DNA of 64,000 bases from an uncultured Desulfobacter sp. (GTDB lineage: Bacteria > Desulfobacterota > Desulfobacteria > Desulfobacterales > Desulfobacteraceae), in the NCBI GenBank assembly GCA_963665095.1, contig OY762069.1, positions 5,536,001-5,600,000 of the forward strand, written 5' to 3'. A model generated the notes under the pieces. It was not told the DNA's origin and did not search any database. It worked only from the letters and a program-made list of their open reading frames with translations. Shown piece after piece: positions 39,831 to 49,342 of this stretch (position 1 is the first letter of the stretch; each line of letters begins with the position of its first letter). A program made the translations under genes and the position numbers.

Positions 39831-41939
39831 ATGTCTAAAGAAGAACAAAAACCCAGTTTAGAGACATTGTTTCGGGAAAAAGAGAAAATCGAACAGTCGA
39901 TCAAAGAAGGGTTTCAGGAATACGTCACCATCATGTTCACCGATATTGCCGGCTACACCCGGTATGTGGAAACCCATGGAGACATTGCCGCAAAATCCCT
40001 TTTGCAGACCCACAATGACACGCTGTTCCCGATCATCAGTGCCCATGAGGGTCAGGTTATCAAAACCATTGGTGATGCGGTCATGGCCTCATTTAAAGAG
40101 GCGCACAAAGGTGTCGCCGCCGCCGTTGAAATTCAAAAAAAGCTAAAGCAGCATAATGAAACTGCAGAGGATGTCAAGCAGCTGAATATCCGTATCGGCA
40201 TGAATGCAGGCCTGGCACTCAAAGACGGGGCCGATTACTTTGGAGATGCTGTCAACATCGCAGCCAGAATTGAGCCTGCCGGTTCTGCCGGCCAAATCAT
40301 GGTCTCTGACTCCGTTTACCAGGCCATTGAAGGAGACAAGAATTTTTATTGCAGCTACCATGGCCTGAAAGAGGCAAAGGGGAAAGCAGACCCCTTGAAA
40401 ATCTACAGGGTATTTCTCAGTCGTGATGAGCAGATGCAGCAGGCTTCCCACAGCCCCCCCCCATCATCAGAATCCCATGTTGAAGGCGAAATAGAGAGGG
40501 TTGGCGGCTTCCGGAGCAGATGGATAAACTGGAAGTACACCCTGGCCGCCTGTTTTGCAGCGTTGGCCTTTTTTATTTATACAGGTGGAGAATTCCCTTT
40601 CCACCGGGGTAATGAGCTTACAATTGAGAACTATAAAGCCGGTTTTAACTACTTGAAAACCGGTGCCCCGGATAAGGCCAAAGAAAAATTCCTTGAACTT
40701 AAGCAGGACCCTGCCCGGTCAAACGAAGGACTTGCCGCCTGGGCCTATCATGCCGGGGACCATGCGTCAGCCCGGCAGTATAGCGAAGCGTCATTGAAGC
40801 ATGATGCCAATTTACTTTATTCACGGGTCATCGAAGGCAATATCCTGTTTGACGAAGGAAAATACGATCAGGCCAGTGAGCTGTACACAAAAGCGGCAGG
40901 GCTTGCATCCCCGTTGAACTGGCAAAAAGGGGAAGCCCTGTTTCGCCTTGGCAGAATTTTCTCTTCAAAAGGGGACAGCTCAAAAGCCCTTTCCTGCTAT
41001 AATCAGGCCATATCTTTTGACCGCCAGAACAGCGATCTCATAAAGGCAAAGGCAGTGCTGCTGGAAAAAATGGGAAAACTGGAGCAGGCCCTGGAGGCAT
41101 TTCAAAATGCACAGAGCATCACCCCTGACGATAAGCTGATCAGCGCCTTTACCAGCCGGATTCAGCAGAAATTAGAGATGGGCCGGGACAAAGAGCGTCA
41201 AAAGCGAATTGACACCCTTGTCAACGAGCTTGTGGACACAATGAAGCACACGTCCTCCCGGCAACCGGCAGACACCTGGACGTCAAGACCCTTGAGCCTT
41301 TTTATCGCAAAAATGGAGAGAAAAGGGAAAATATCTTTACAGGAAGGAGAGGACGACTTCTTTCAGCTTGAGCTGTTTGAAGAGTTAAGACAGCTGCCCT
41401 GTGTCAGTATTGTGGACCGTGAACTGTTGGACAAACTGCTGACCGAACTTAAGATAAGCAGCTCTGATCTTGCAGACCCGGAAACAGCACTTCACCTCGG
41501 CCGTATAGTTTCGGCCCGTTTAATAGGGGACTTGACATTCCTCGGCATGGACAATGAGACCCGGATTTATTTTAAGCTGATTGAAACGGAAACATCTCAA
41601 ATAAAAGTCAGTGTTTCCGACCGCTTCAGTATTGCCGGTGATCAGGATACCGCCGTCAGCAGAATGGTTGCCCAGGTTGACCGGAAACTGTCATCTGCCT
41701 TTCCCATCCGCGGGCGGATAGTGAATATTGACGCAGAAAATATTGAGATCAATATCGGATCAGATGTCGGCCTGAAAACTGGTATGATCATGGGGACTTA
41801 CACCCTTGACGGAAAAAACAGAAAAAGAACCGGAGCCGTAAAGGTAACCCGGGTTGAAACGAACACAGCGTCAGGGCAGATAGTCAAGGGACAGGGTATT
41901 GTGGATCAGACTCAGGTTCTGGAAGTGCTTGCATTATGA
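39831..41939 (+). CDS. Class III adenylate cyclase-TM-TPR-CsgG/FlgT-like protein
   Basis: Cyclase motifs MFTDIAGYT, IKTIGDAVMA, DYFGDAVNIAARIE; one TM segment; TPR repeats; SIVDRELLDKLLTELKI..LGRIVSA; GRIVNID..IEINIGSDVG. Confidence 0.88.
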   Translation: MSKEEQKPSLETLFREKEKIEQSIKEGFQEYVTIMFTDIAGYTRYVETHGDIAAKSLLQTHNDTLFPIISAHEGQVIKTIGDAVMASFKEAHKGVAAAVEIQKKLKQHNETAEDVKQLNIRIGMNAGLALKDGADYFGDAVNIAARIEPAGSAGQIMVSDSVYQAIEGDKNFYCSYHGLKEAKGKADPLKIYRVFLSRDEQMQQASHSPPPSSESHVEGEIERVGGFRSRWINWKYTLAACFAALAFFIYTGGEFPFHRGNELTIENYKAGFNYLKTGAPDKAKEKFLELKQDPARSNEGLAAWAYHAGDHASARQYSEASLKHDANLLYSRVIEGNILFDEGKYDQASELYTKAAGLASPLNWQKGEALFRLGRIFSSKGDSSKALSCYNQAISFDRQNSDLIKAKAVLLEKMGKLEQALEAFQNAQSITPDDKLISAFTSRIQQKLEMGRDKERQKRIDTLVNELVDTMKHTSSRQPADTWTSRPLSLFIAKMERKGKISLQEGEDDFFQLELFEELRQLPCVSIVDRELLDKLLTELKISSSDLADPETALHLGRIVSARLIGDLTFLGMDNETRIYFKLIETETSQIKVSVSDRFSIAGDQDTAVSRMVAQVDRKLSSAFPIRGRIVNIDAENIEINIGSDVGLKTGMIMGTYTLDGKNRKRTGAVKVTRVETNTASGQIVKGQGIVDQTQVLEVLAL

Positions 41940-44023
41940 AAAAAATTATTGGTTTCCAAATCTGTACCATCATAGTTCTTTCTTTTATGGCCTGTGTTTC
42001 ATCGCCCCCGCAAAACAGCTACATAAAGGACGGGAAAGAATACGGTGTTACCCGGGGATTATTCCGGGGGAAATGGTGGAATTATTATGAAAGAGGCATC
42101 TCCTTTGGTGAGGGAGATTTCCTGAATGAGGCACAGAACGATTTAGAAACCGCCATTGCCCAGAGAGGCCGGGATCAGCGGATGGCCCGGACCTATGGCA
42201 TGCACTTTATAGATTATTTCCCCCACCGGGAACTTGGCATTGTGCTGCTTAGAAAAGGGGAGCTCACAAAAGCTGTCCGTGAGCTTGAAATTTCGCTGTC
42301 CGGCCAGGAAAGTGCAAAAGCAAAATTTTATCTCAATGAAGCCAGAAAACGTAAAATCAGATCAGATGGCAAAGATACGAGCCCCCCGCTTGTCCAGATT
42401 TCCAGGCCCATGGACAACAATCCGGTAAACCATGCTGAAGTTAAAATCCAGGGGCAGGTATCGGATAACACCTTTGTATCATCCATATTTATAAACGGTG
42501 TTCCCGAATTTATAGAACTTTCTGAAGAAACCATCTCCTTTAGCAGAAGCATTCCCCTGAAACCGGGCCCCAACCCTTTGACTATCAGGGCAGAAGATCT
42601 TGCCGGCAATGTTGCAGAAAAAAGAATGACCATTATTGCTGATTACCATGGTCCCAATATCTCCATACTCAATTATGAAAACGGCCAGCGTGTTGATGTC
42701 AACGATATTGAAATTCGGGTGTCTTATTCAGATGAATCCGGCATAAAAACGCTTAAAATTAACGGGGACGAAAAAAGAATCACAGAAGAATCGCACTTCC
42801 ACGGAACCGTAGCCGCTCCGGTCTCACTCCAAAACGGTGAAAACAAAATACCCGTTGAAGCATGGGATACCGCAGGCAATCGAACTAAAGGAGAGATCCG
42901 TCTTTCATATTATCCTGGAAAACTTGTCGCATGTAACAGTGCGGTTACTCAAGTGTTATTATCTAAGACTGCTACGGATGCAGGTTATATTGCGACAAAG
43001 GCTGAAACGCCTCCCTTAAAAGAGCCTGATATCCAGCCCAGGGGCCTGTTAAAGGTCATTGCCGACCATCAGCCATTAACCATAACAAATAAAAAAATCA
43101 ACAACCGTATTTTCATAGAGGCCCAGGTCTCCAATGATTGTCCGGTCAAACAAATTCTGGTCAATGACATGCCGGTAGAATTTCAGCAGGGAAAAACCAT
43201 TGCGTTCAGCCGTATAGTGGACTTTCAGGAAGGGGAAAATATATTTACCATAACCGCAACAGATGCCAAGGGCAACGCATCAAGCAAATCCCTGACAGTG
43301 ACCCGAAAAATTCAAAGTATCGATCTGGACCAGTCTAAAATGGCCCTGTCCATTATGCCCTTTAAATCAGACACCCTGTCCAAAGAGACAAAAGAGTCAA
43401 TTCCCCCGGTTTTTCTGCAGGAGTTGTTAAATTTGGAACGATTTAAAATCGTAGAAAGAGGGGAAGACTTTGAGCCTGTTCTAAAGGAACTCAAGTTGAG
43501 CCAAACCGATCTGGTAGATCCCGATAAAGCGGTCAGGGCCGGAAAGCTTCTGGCCAGTGAAGCCGTGGTAACCGGGCAGGTTATTGAAACAAAAAACGGC
43601 ATTGAAATCTTTGCCAAGCTGATCAACGTTGAAACCACTGAATGCCTCGCCATCCAGGATGTATACGGCCAGGACAAGTCAAAAGAAAATCTTAGATATC
43701 TGCTGGAAGGCCTTGCTTCAAAACTTGCCTACTCGGTTCCGGTAATGGAAGGGAAGATCCTTGGAATCAAAGGAAAAGAAATTTTTATCGATATCGGAAC
43801 ATCCAGATATTATAATTTGAAAAAAGGGATAAAATGCATTGCCTACCGGAGTGAACCCTTTATTTTAGATGGTGTAAATCTCGGAGTAGACACATCCATA
43901 TTGGGAACCCTGAGCATTGAGCGGGCCAATCCCCAATTTTCAAGCACAGTAAGAGTGATACCAGAAAGTCAAGATGTGGAGCTACCGGTGATAAAAAAAC
44001 AGGACCTTGTTATTACCAAATGA
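41936..44023 (+). CDS. Putative lipoprotein with TPR, Ig-like repeats and a CsgG/FlgT-like tail
   Basis: Lipobox-like FMA-C at residue 20; Ig repeats ending AEDLAGN, AWDTAGN and ATDAKGN; FKIVERGEDFEPVLKELKLSQ..AGKLLA; EGKILGI..IFIDIG. Confidence 0.85.
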   Translation: MKKIIGFQICTIIVLSFMACVSSPPQNSYIKDGKEYGVTRGLFRGKWWNYYERGISFGEGDFLNEAQNDLETAIAQRGRDQRMARTYGMHFIDYFPHRELGIVLLRKGELTKAVRELEISLSGQESAKAKFYLNEARKRKIRSDGKDTSPPLVQISRPMDNNPVNHAEVKIQGQVSDNTFVSSIFINGVPEFIELSEETISFSRSIPLKPGPNPLTIRAEDLAGNVAEKRMTIIADYHGPNISILNYENGQRVDVNDIEIRVSYSDESGIKTLKINGDEKRITEESHFHGTVAAPVSLQNGENKIPVEAWDTAGNRTKGEIRLSYYPGKLVACNSAVTQVLLSKTATDAGYIATKAETPPLKEPDIQPRGLLKVIADHQPLTITNKKINNRIFIEAQVSNDCPVKQILVNDMPVEFQQGKTIAFSRIVDFQEGENIFTITATDAKGNASSKSLTVTRKIQSIDLDQSKMALSIMPFKSDTLSKETKESIPPVFLQELLNLERFKIVERGEDFEPVLKELKLSQTDLVDPDKAVRAGKLLASEAVVTGQVIETKNGIEIFAKLINVETTECLAIQDVYGQDKSKENLRYLLEGLASKLAYSVPVMEGKILGIKGKEIFIDIGTSRYYNLKKGIKCIAYRSEPFILDGVNLGVDTSILGTLSIERANPQFSSTVRVIPESQDVELPVIKKQDLVITK

Positions 44024-44046
44024 CTTTTCAGTTTCTTGAGGTCATT

Positions 44047-44177
44047 TCCCTATAAAGCCCCCTTTATGAACAGCAAGCGAAACTCTGACTCATGCATCCA
44101 TGAAAGCAATGGATGAAAATGTTTTTATGAGATATAGAGGACGCTATTTTCTTAGCGTTATGAACAGGCACGAACTT
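44047..44177 (+). repeat. Degenerate direct repeat A (homologous to 49222-49314)
   Basis: Shared blocks TCCCTATnAAGCC, TGAAAnnAATGGATrAAAAyrTTTTTATGAGATATA (31/36 identical) and TTATGAACnGnnACGAACTT (17/20). Confidence 0.75.
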
Positions 44178-44328
44178 TTTTATTGTGGCACTCATCAATC
44201 ATGTGATACATGATTTTTTCAAAATAACCGTGGATTAAATTCCGGATTTCTTTTAACAGGGGATGATTTGTGGTTTCTATATAGTATGTTTTCTTTCTCT
44301 TTCATAAAATATTCAGGCAATTATCATT

Positions 44329-45726
44329 ATGGAGTCAAACAAATCAAGTCACAAAAGTCGGGCCAGTAATGCGCAATACTTAATCAATTATTTCAAAAAA
44401 TTAGGCTTTTCAGAATCAAAATTAATGAAGGGGGTGTCTGTAAACAAAAGTTTTCTTGCAGACCCTCATAACTGGCTCCCAATCAATGATTTTCATCAAA
44501 TCGTTCAAAACTGCCAGAAAGCTATTCCTCAATTAACGATAGATGATTGGCAAGACATCGCATCTTTCATCAAAGAGGGTGAGACAACCGGTATATGGAA
44601 AACCATCGGCAAATTTATCGGAGTCAAGTCTCTTTATTCTTTAACTCCGCAGTATACAAAGAGCTTTAACACATATATTTTTCTAAAAATCAACAGCATC
44701 TCCAACACCTCTGTGGATATGCAAATTATTTCAGATCCAAATGTCTGTTCTGTGATTATGGTAAGGTGGACTGTGGGTGTGTTACAAGCCATTCCATGCA
44801 TATTGGGGCTACCGACTGCAAAAACCCGTATTTTGTTCGATCAGGCTGATATAAAAAGTGTAGTCAAGGATCTGTACACCTTCCACGACTTAGACTACAT
44901 GGAAAATCAGGGCGTCATATATATTAAAGGCAAAGCTTATGCACGGCGTATTCAACTTCACCAAACGATCCATAACGGAGAGGTGCTTTTTTCATATCAG
45001 TATTCAGATGAACAGCCGTATAATTCCACCCTCATAACAGAAGATTTGATTGTAAATAATAGTAGACTGCTGAAAAAAGGGGACATATTTAACGCGCCAT
45101 ATGGCAGGGTTATCATAACCTGGGATCAGACAAAAACTAAGTACCCCTTTATGCATTCCCGCAGACTCAAAGAGGAATTGTTGATAGCTTTCAACACCCA
45201 ACTGACCCTGGCCGACAACAGATATTTAGAAGCAGAAAGGCTTCGCCAGGATGCATGTAAAAAAAATATTGCGTTACAACAGGCACTGAAAGAACTTGAG
45301 AAAACAAAAAATGCACTTCAGGTGTATTGGGAACAGAAAGCCAGGGACAGAGCCGAGCTTGAAAAAAAAGCCGTTTTAAAAATCAAAAATATTGTGAACC
45401 CCGGCCTTAGGCAGCTATATGAAAGCGGCCTGAACACCTCCCAGAAGAAAAAGCTTGATCAGCTCAATCGGAAAATAGATGATGCACTATTGCCCTTTGC
45501 CACACACATGACGCTGAAAGATTACAATTTAACTCCGGCTGAATTACGAATTATAAACCTTATTCAAAAAGGATTGCAGTCTAAAGAAATAAGTGAGTCC
45601 CTCAATATTTCCCTGCGAACGGTTGAAACCCATCGAATGAACATTCGAAAAAAACTTGATATCTCCAATCAGGGAATGAATCTTTCGACATACCTTTTGT
45701 CGATAAAACAAACAGACCTCGTATAA
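44329..45726 (+). CDS. LuxR-family regulator with a large uncharacterised N-terminal domain
   Basis: C-terminal LTPAELRIINLIQKGLQSKEISESLNISLRTVETHRMNIRKKL. Confidence 0.9.
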   Translation: MESNKSSHKSRASNAQYLINYFKKLGFSESKLMKGVSVNKSFLADPHNWLPINDFHQIVQNCQKAIPQLTIDDWQDIASFIKEGETTGIWKTIGKFIGVKSLYSLTPQYTKSFNTYIFLKINSISNTSVDMQIISDPNVCSVIMVRWTVGVLQAIPCILGLPTAKTRILFDQADIKSVVKDLYTFHDLDYMENQGVIYIKGKAYARRIQLHQTIHNGEVLFSYQYSDEQPYNSTLITEDLIVNNSRLLKKGDIFNAPYGRVIITWDQTKTKYPFMHSRRLKEELLIAFNTQLTLADNRYLEAERLRQDACKKNIALQQALKELEKTKNALQVYWEQKARDRAELEKKAVLKIKNIVNPGLRQLYESGLNTSQKKKLDQLNRKIDDALLPFATHMTLKDYNLTPAELRIINLIQKGLQSKEISESLNISLRTVETHRMNIRKKLDISNQGMNLSTYLLSIKQTDLV

Positions 45727-46244
45727 AACATCCTGTCTCTCACCCGCCTGGTCATGCCCTTGTGAAAGGCAGGACCCCGTCAGTGCGGATTTACGCAGAA
45801 TGCCTGAACAAAAAACAGGCTGTTCTTCCGAATATGTAACAGCGGAAAATGACGCCTATACAGTTTCTCCCCCAACAGCCTGGGATTGTATGCCATGTCC
45901 GGTTATATGCGACTACATAGTGTTTCTAGGTAGTTATTACGTATTAATTCCGGGTTGTATGCAATAAGCTTATCATATACAAAAACTAATTAATTTTTTG
46001 TTTTAAAATCATATGGTTTTAGACAAAATAGAAAAAATTTGCGGCAATGGTTGATGGACTATCGTACTCGTTTCTCTATCTTTCCGATTTCTTATTAATC
46101 AAGAAGAGTTTTCCAGAAAGGGGGTGATTTAAAAAACAGATGGGATTTTTAAAAAAAAGAATCCACCTAAAAACAGCAAAATCATTCTTGGAACTACTTC
46201 AGGCTCAACCCCTTACAATTTGAAAGCAAGGAGGACAAGAAACT

Positions 46245-47258
46245 ATGAAAAGATTCATTTTTCTTTTTATCATCATTTTAAATATCGGTTTTATTGGTTC
46301 TGTTAATGCAGCTGAACTTTTACTTGAAAATTTTGAAAATTCAACGTCAGGCACCATAAATGGGGCGACATATACATCTAATGGCTATCAGGGATACGGG
46401 ATGTTATTTAATGAACCGGGGGATTATGTAAAATTTCATTCATCAAAATTCCCATCTGAAGGGACATTTGAAGCCTACATTTATATAACTGGTGATAACT
46501 CTGCATGGAGCAAAGATATTATATTTGATACAAATGCCCGGGCTGGATATTCAGGTGCTCATATTGCTTTATACCTTACAGAAGAACGAAAATTAATGTT
46601 TAGAGAATGGGGCTCAACAATACCTGCAATATATAATGTTTTTGGCACTACAGAGCTCTCATTGAATACATGGTATGCAATTGGGGTAAGCTGGGGAGCC
46701 CAGGGCGTGCATATATATGTCAATGGAGAATTAGATGCTTCAGACACCTCTCTGACATATAGCTGGGATGCCGATGAGAGTGTTTATTTAGGGGATTGTC
46801 CTGATGATGACTGGGCAGGCTCAAACTATTATAATTCTTTTTACGGTATTCTTGATTCAGTCCGGACCTCAAATGTTCAACAAGATATTACTTATTCCAT
46901 TTCTGAGGATTGTGAGGTTGACATTGATGGGCTGATCATTTCAGGAACTAAAGAAGTAGGCTCGGCCATAACATTCTCCGTTGAAGCCAACAACACCTGT
47001 AGCAGTACTATTTATTATAGGTACACATATCATGCAGGATATGGAACAGATGATTATGATGGTCTGCATTGGAATCTTATGACGGATTCTGAATACACAA
47101 CAGAAAGCACTATAAGTTTTACCTTTGATGAAGCGGATAAGTATATTGTTGTAGTTTGGGCAAAAAACTCGCCATCAGATTCAAATGAAGGCGTTCCAAT
47201 TATCGGAATTGACGTAACTATTCGGGAAGAGGGAGAAGAACCGTATTTTCCGTTTTAG
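46245..47258 (+). CDS. Exported LamG/concanavalin-like protein with the shared C-terminal domain
   Basis: GGAGG ribosome-binding site; signal peptide; motifs GTFEAYI, LNTWYAIGVSW..IYVNGEL, FYGILDSVR; C-terminal domain similar to the repeats of the 35954-38149 protein. Confidence 0.85.
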   Translation: MKRFIFLFIIILNIGFIGSVNAAELLLENFENSTSGTINGATYTSNGYQGYGMLFNEPGDYVKFHSSKFPSEGTFEAYIYITGDNSAWSKDIIFDTNARAGYSGAHIALYLTEERKLMFREWGSTIPAIYNVFGTTELSLNTWYAIGVSWGAQGVHIYVNGELDASDTSLTYSWDADESVYLGDCPDDDWAGSNYYNSFYGILDSVRTSNVQQDITYSISEDCEVDIDGLIISGTKEVGSAITFSVEANNTCSSTIYYRYTYHAGYGTDDYDGLHWNLMTDSEYTTESTISFTFDEADKYIVVVWAKNSPSDSNEGVPIIGIDVTIREEGEEPYFPF

Positions 47259-47485
47259 TTGCAAGTAGATCTCCTTTAAAAGCTGACTTGTGAAATAATG
47301 GCACAAATAAAACAAGTTGGGAAGGAGAGGCAAACAGGACCTCTTCTTCCCATCCTTAAAAGTATTATTCAATAGTTAACAGGCTCAATTTTGCCAGCAC
47401 TGTTAAGATTTTGATTTTTTATCATATTCCACTCATAGTTTTTCAAAATGGCTGATGGATATAATTAGTGGATGCCATTCAAACC

Positions 47486-48853
47486 CTAATGTATCAACTC
47501 AATAATTTCATCTGCCATTGCGCTCTTTTTAAGAATGATGCCTTTTTTATCCAGCAGGTAGAGGGTGGGGATGCCCATCACTGCATAATTATTGAAATTG
47601 ACCCCGTCCATTCCTGTAAGATCACAAAAATTATCCGGCCACTGATGATATTTCAGCTTTTTCTCAAACGCCTGCTGGTTATCATCCCCGCTGACTGCAA
47701 TCACACGCACATGCTGCCTGGCTAACGATTTATATCTGTTGGCCAGAGTAATCAGTGAATCTTCGCACAGGTGGCAGCTTCCCTTGTAAAAGAGCAGTAT
47801 GGTGTAATCTGCACCCAGGTTGTCGGTTTCAATGATGACATCCGCAGTTTTTTTACCCGTCTGAGTGCTGACCGGGGCCTTAAAAATCAGATCCGGTGCT
47901 TTTTTGCCGGCCAGTATCTTAAATGACGACAACATCTGCCTGGTTGTATTGGACAAGGCGGCCATGGAATCGGGGCGCAGGTTCATATGTTCTGCAATGA
48001 CCGGCAGCACCTCATCCTTCCCTTTCTGTACCAGAAACGGGATAGCTGTCTGCCCAAAAGCACCCAGAATCTTATCCTGCGTCATGCGGGCAAGCGCAGA
48101 ATCCAGCCGTTTTTGAAAAGCAGTATCACCATCTTGGGACCGAATATTCATCATCAGCCAGTTATGCAGCACCTGAGCCCAGTGCCCGCTGGTATACAGA
48201 TCATCAAAATTCAAAGTTTGGGTGACATAATCATTGAAATAACGGATATGATCGGATCGGTTTTCATACACCTTATCTGCAATGCCCCTGGTTAAGTCCA
48301 CAATTTCGGCAAACCTGGCGGCATACAAAGGGCTTTTAGACCGGTCCGCCTGGGTCTGTTCAAATTGCAGACGCAGACTTTCCTGTTCTTTTAAGGCTGT
48401 CTGGTGAAGCGCTTCTTTTGCCGGATAGACCTGGAGCAGGTGGTTCACCGCGCCCAGCTTATCCAGAATGGTCTGCTGGCGGCGGTGCCGGCCAGTTAAA
48501 AAGTCGTTCTCAGGATTGCCGGTGTATATGATATTTTCCGGGCCTGGTTTGTCAGACAGGCATTCCACTGAAAAACCTCTGCCTGTGTAGATCATGTCCA
48601 GTCCACCGCCGGATTTGAGCAGCCACCTTGTCATACCGCGATAATCCCTGTAGAGGTCCGGCATGGTACACGTCACTGCCCCGTCCTTTGAGATCTTTCC
48701 CGATTGAACAGACACTTCTTTTTCTCCCTGAAATATTTTCCAGTCGTATTGATGTCCGGCAAAATGGGGAAAATGAAGTATTATTTCCTGTGCCTGGGCC
48801 CGAAAGGGCGTGAAAAGACAAATCAAACAGCATACAAAAATCCATTTTTTCAT
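47486..48853 (-). CDS. Exported protein with a C-terminal TlpA/redoxin (thioredoxin-fold) domain
   Basis: Signal peptide ending AQA; motifs GKKAPDL, LLFYKGSCHLC (CxxC), YAVMGIPTLYLLDKKG. Confidence 0.85.
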   Translation of the reverse strand: MKKWIFVCCLICLFTPFRAQAQEIILHFPHFAGHQYDWKIFQGEKEVSVQSGKISKDGAVTCTMPDLYRDYRGMTRWLLKSGGGLDMIYTGRGFSVECLSDKPGPENIIYTGNPENDFLTGRHRRQQTILDKLGAVNHLLQVYPAKEALHQTALKEQESLRLQFEQTQADRSKSPLYAARFAEIVDLTRGIADKVYENRSDHIRYFNDYVTQTLNFDDLYTSGHWAQVLHNWLMMNIRSQDGDTAFQKRLDSALARMTQDKILGAFGQTAIPFLVQKGKDEVLPVIAEHMNLRPDSMAALSNTTRQMLSSFKILAGKKAPDLIFKAPVSTQTGKKTADVIIETDNLGADYTILLFYKGSCHLCEDSLITLANRYKSLARQHVRVIAVSGDDNQQAFEKKLKYHQWPDNFCDLTGMDGVNFNNYAVMGIPTLYLLDKKGIILKKSAMADEIIELIH

Positions 48854-48909
48854 ATTGTAACCTTTCAGCCTGTGTCATAACAGTTTGAACAAAATTAAAA
48901 ACAGTCGAG

Positions 48910-49080
48910 TTAATCTGCTGCGATACAACCTAGAGGCATACCTTGACTGCGGTAGCCGCTGAGCGTGCCGGCATCGCTGCGAGCAAAATACAGAGTAAAG
49001 GCGCTGCTGCTTTTGCTGGGGCGCTCAGTACTTGACCAGTAGTGACCGTAAATGCCACGGACGTTCACCGCGCCATTGCA
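48910..49080 (-). pseudogene. Orphan C-type-lectin-fold C-terminus resembling a DGR variable region
   Basis: Reads NGAVNVRGIYGHYWSSTERPSKSSSAFTLYFARSDAGTLSGYRSQGMPLGCIAAD*, with an in-frame TGA seven codons upstream. Confidence 0.7.
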
Positions 49081-49221
49081 AAATACATTAACTGAACTTC
49101 AAAATACAAAATTAAATTTAGAATTCCTCTGGGAAAAAAGGAATAACCAGGTCAGCTGAAGCTGGAGCGGCTTTACGCTTCACCCTGTTGTTCTTAGCCA
49201 ACAGCAACATCTCCAGTTTAA

Positions 49222-49314
49222 TCCCTATCAAGCCGGCCTTTGAAAATAATGGATAAAAACATTTTTATGAGATATACGAAAAACTATCTCTACATTATGA
49301 ACCGTTACGAACTT
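49222..49314 (+). repeat. Degenerate direct repeat B, probable promoter/leader of the acylase gene
   Basis: Homologous to 44047-44177; contains TGGATA-17 nt-TATACG. Confidence 0.7.
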
Positions 49315-49342
49315 GAACTTTCTTATCCGGGAGGCAGTTACC

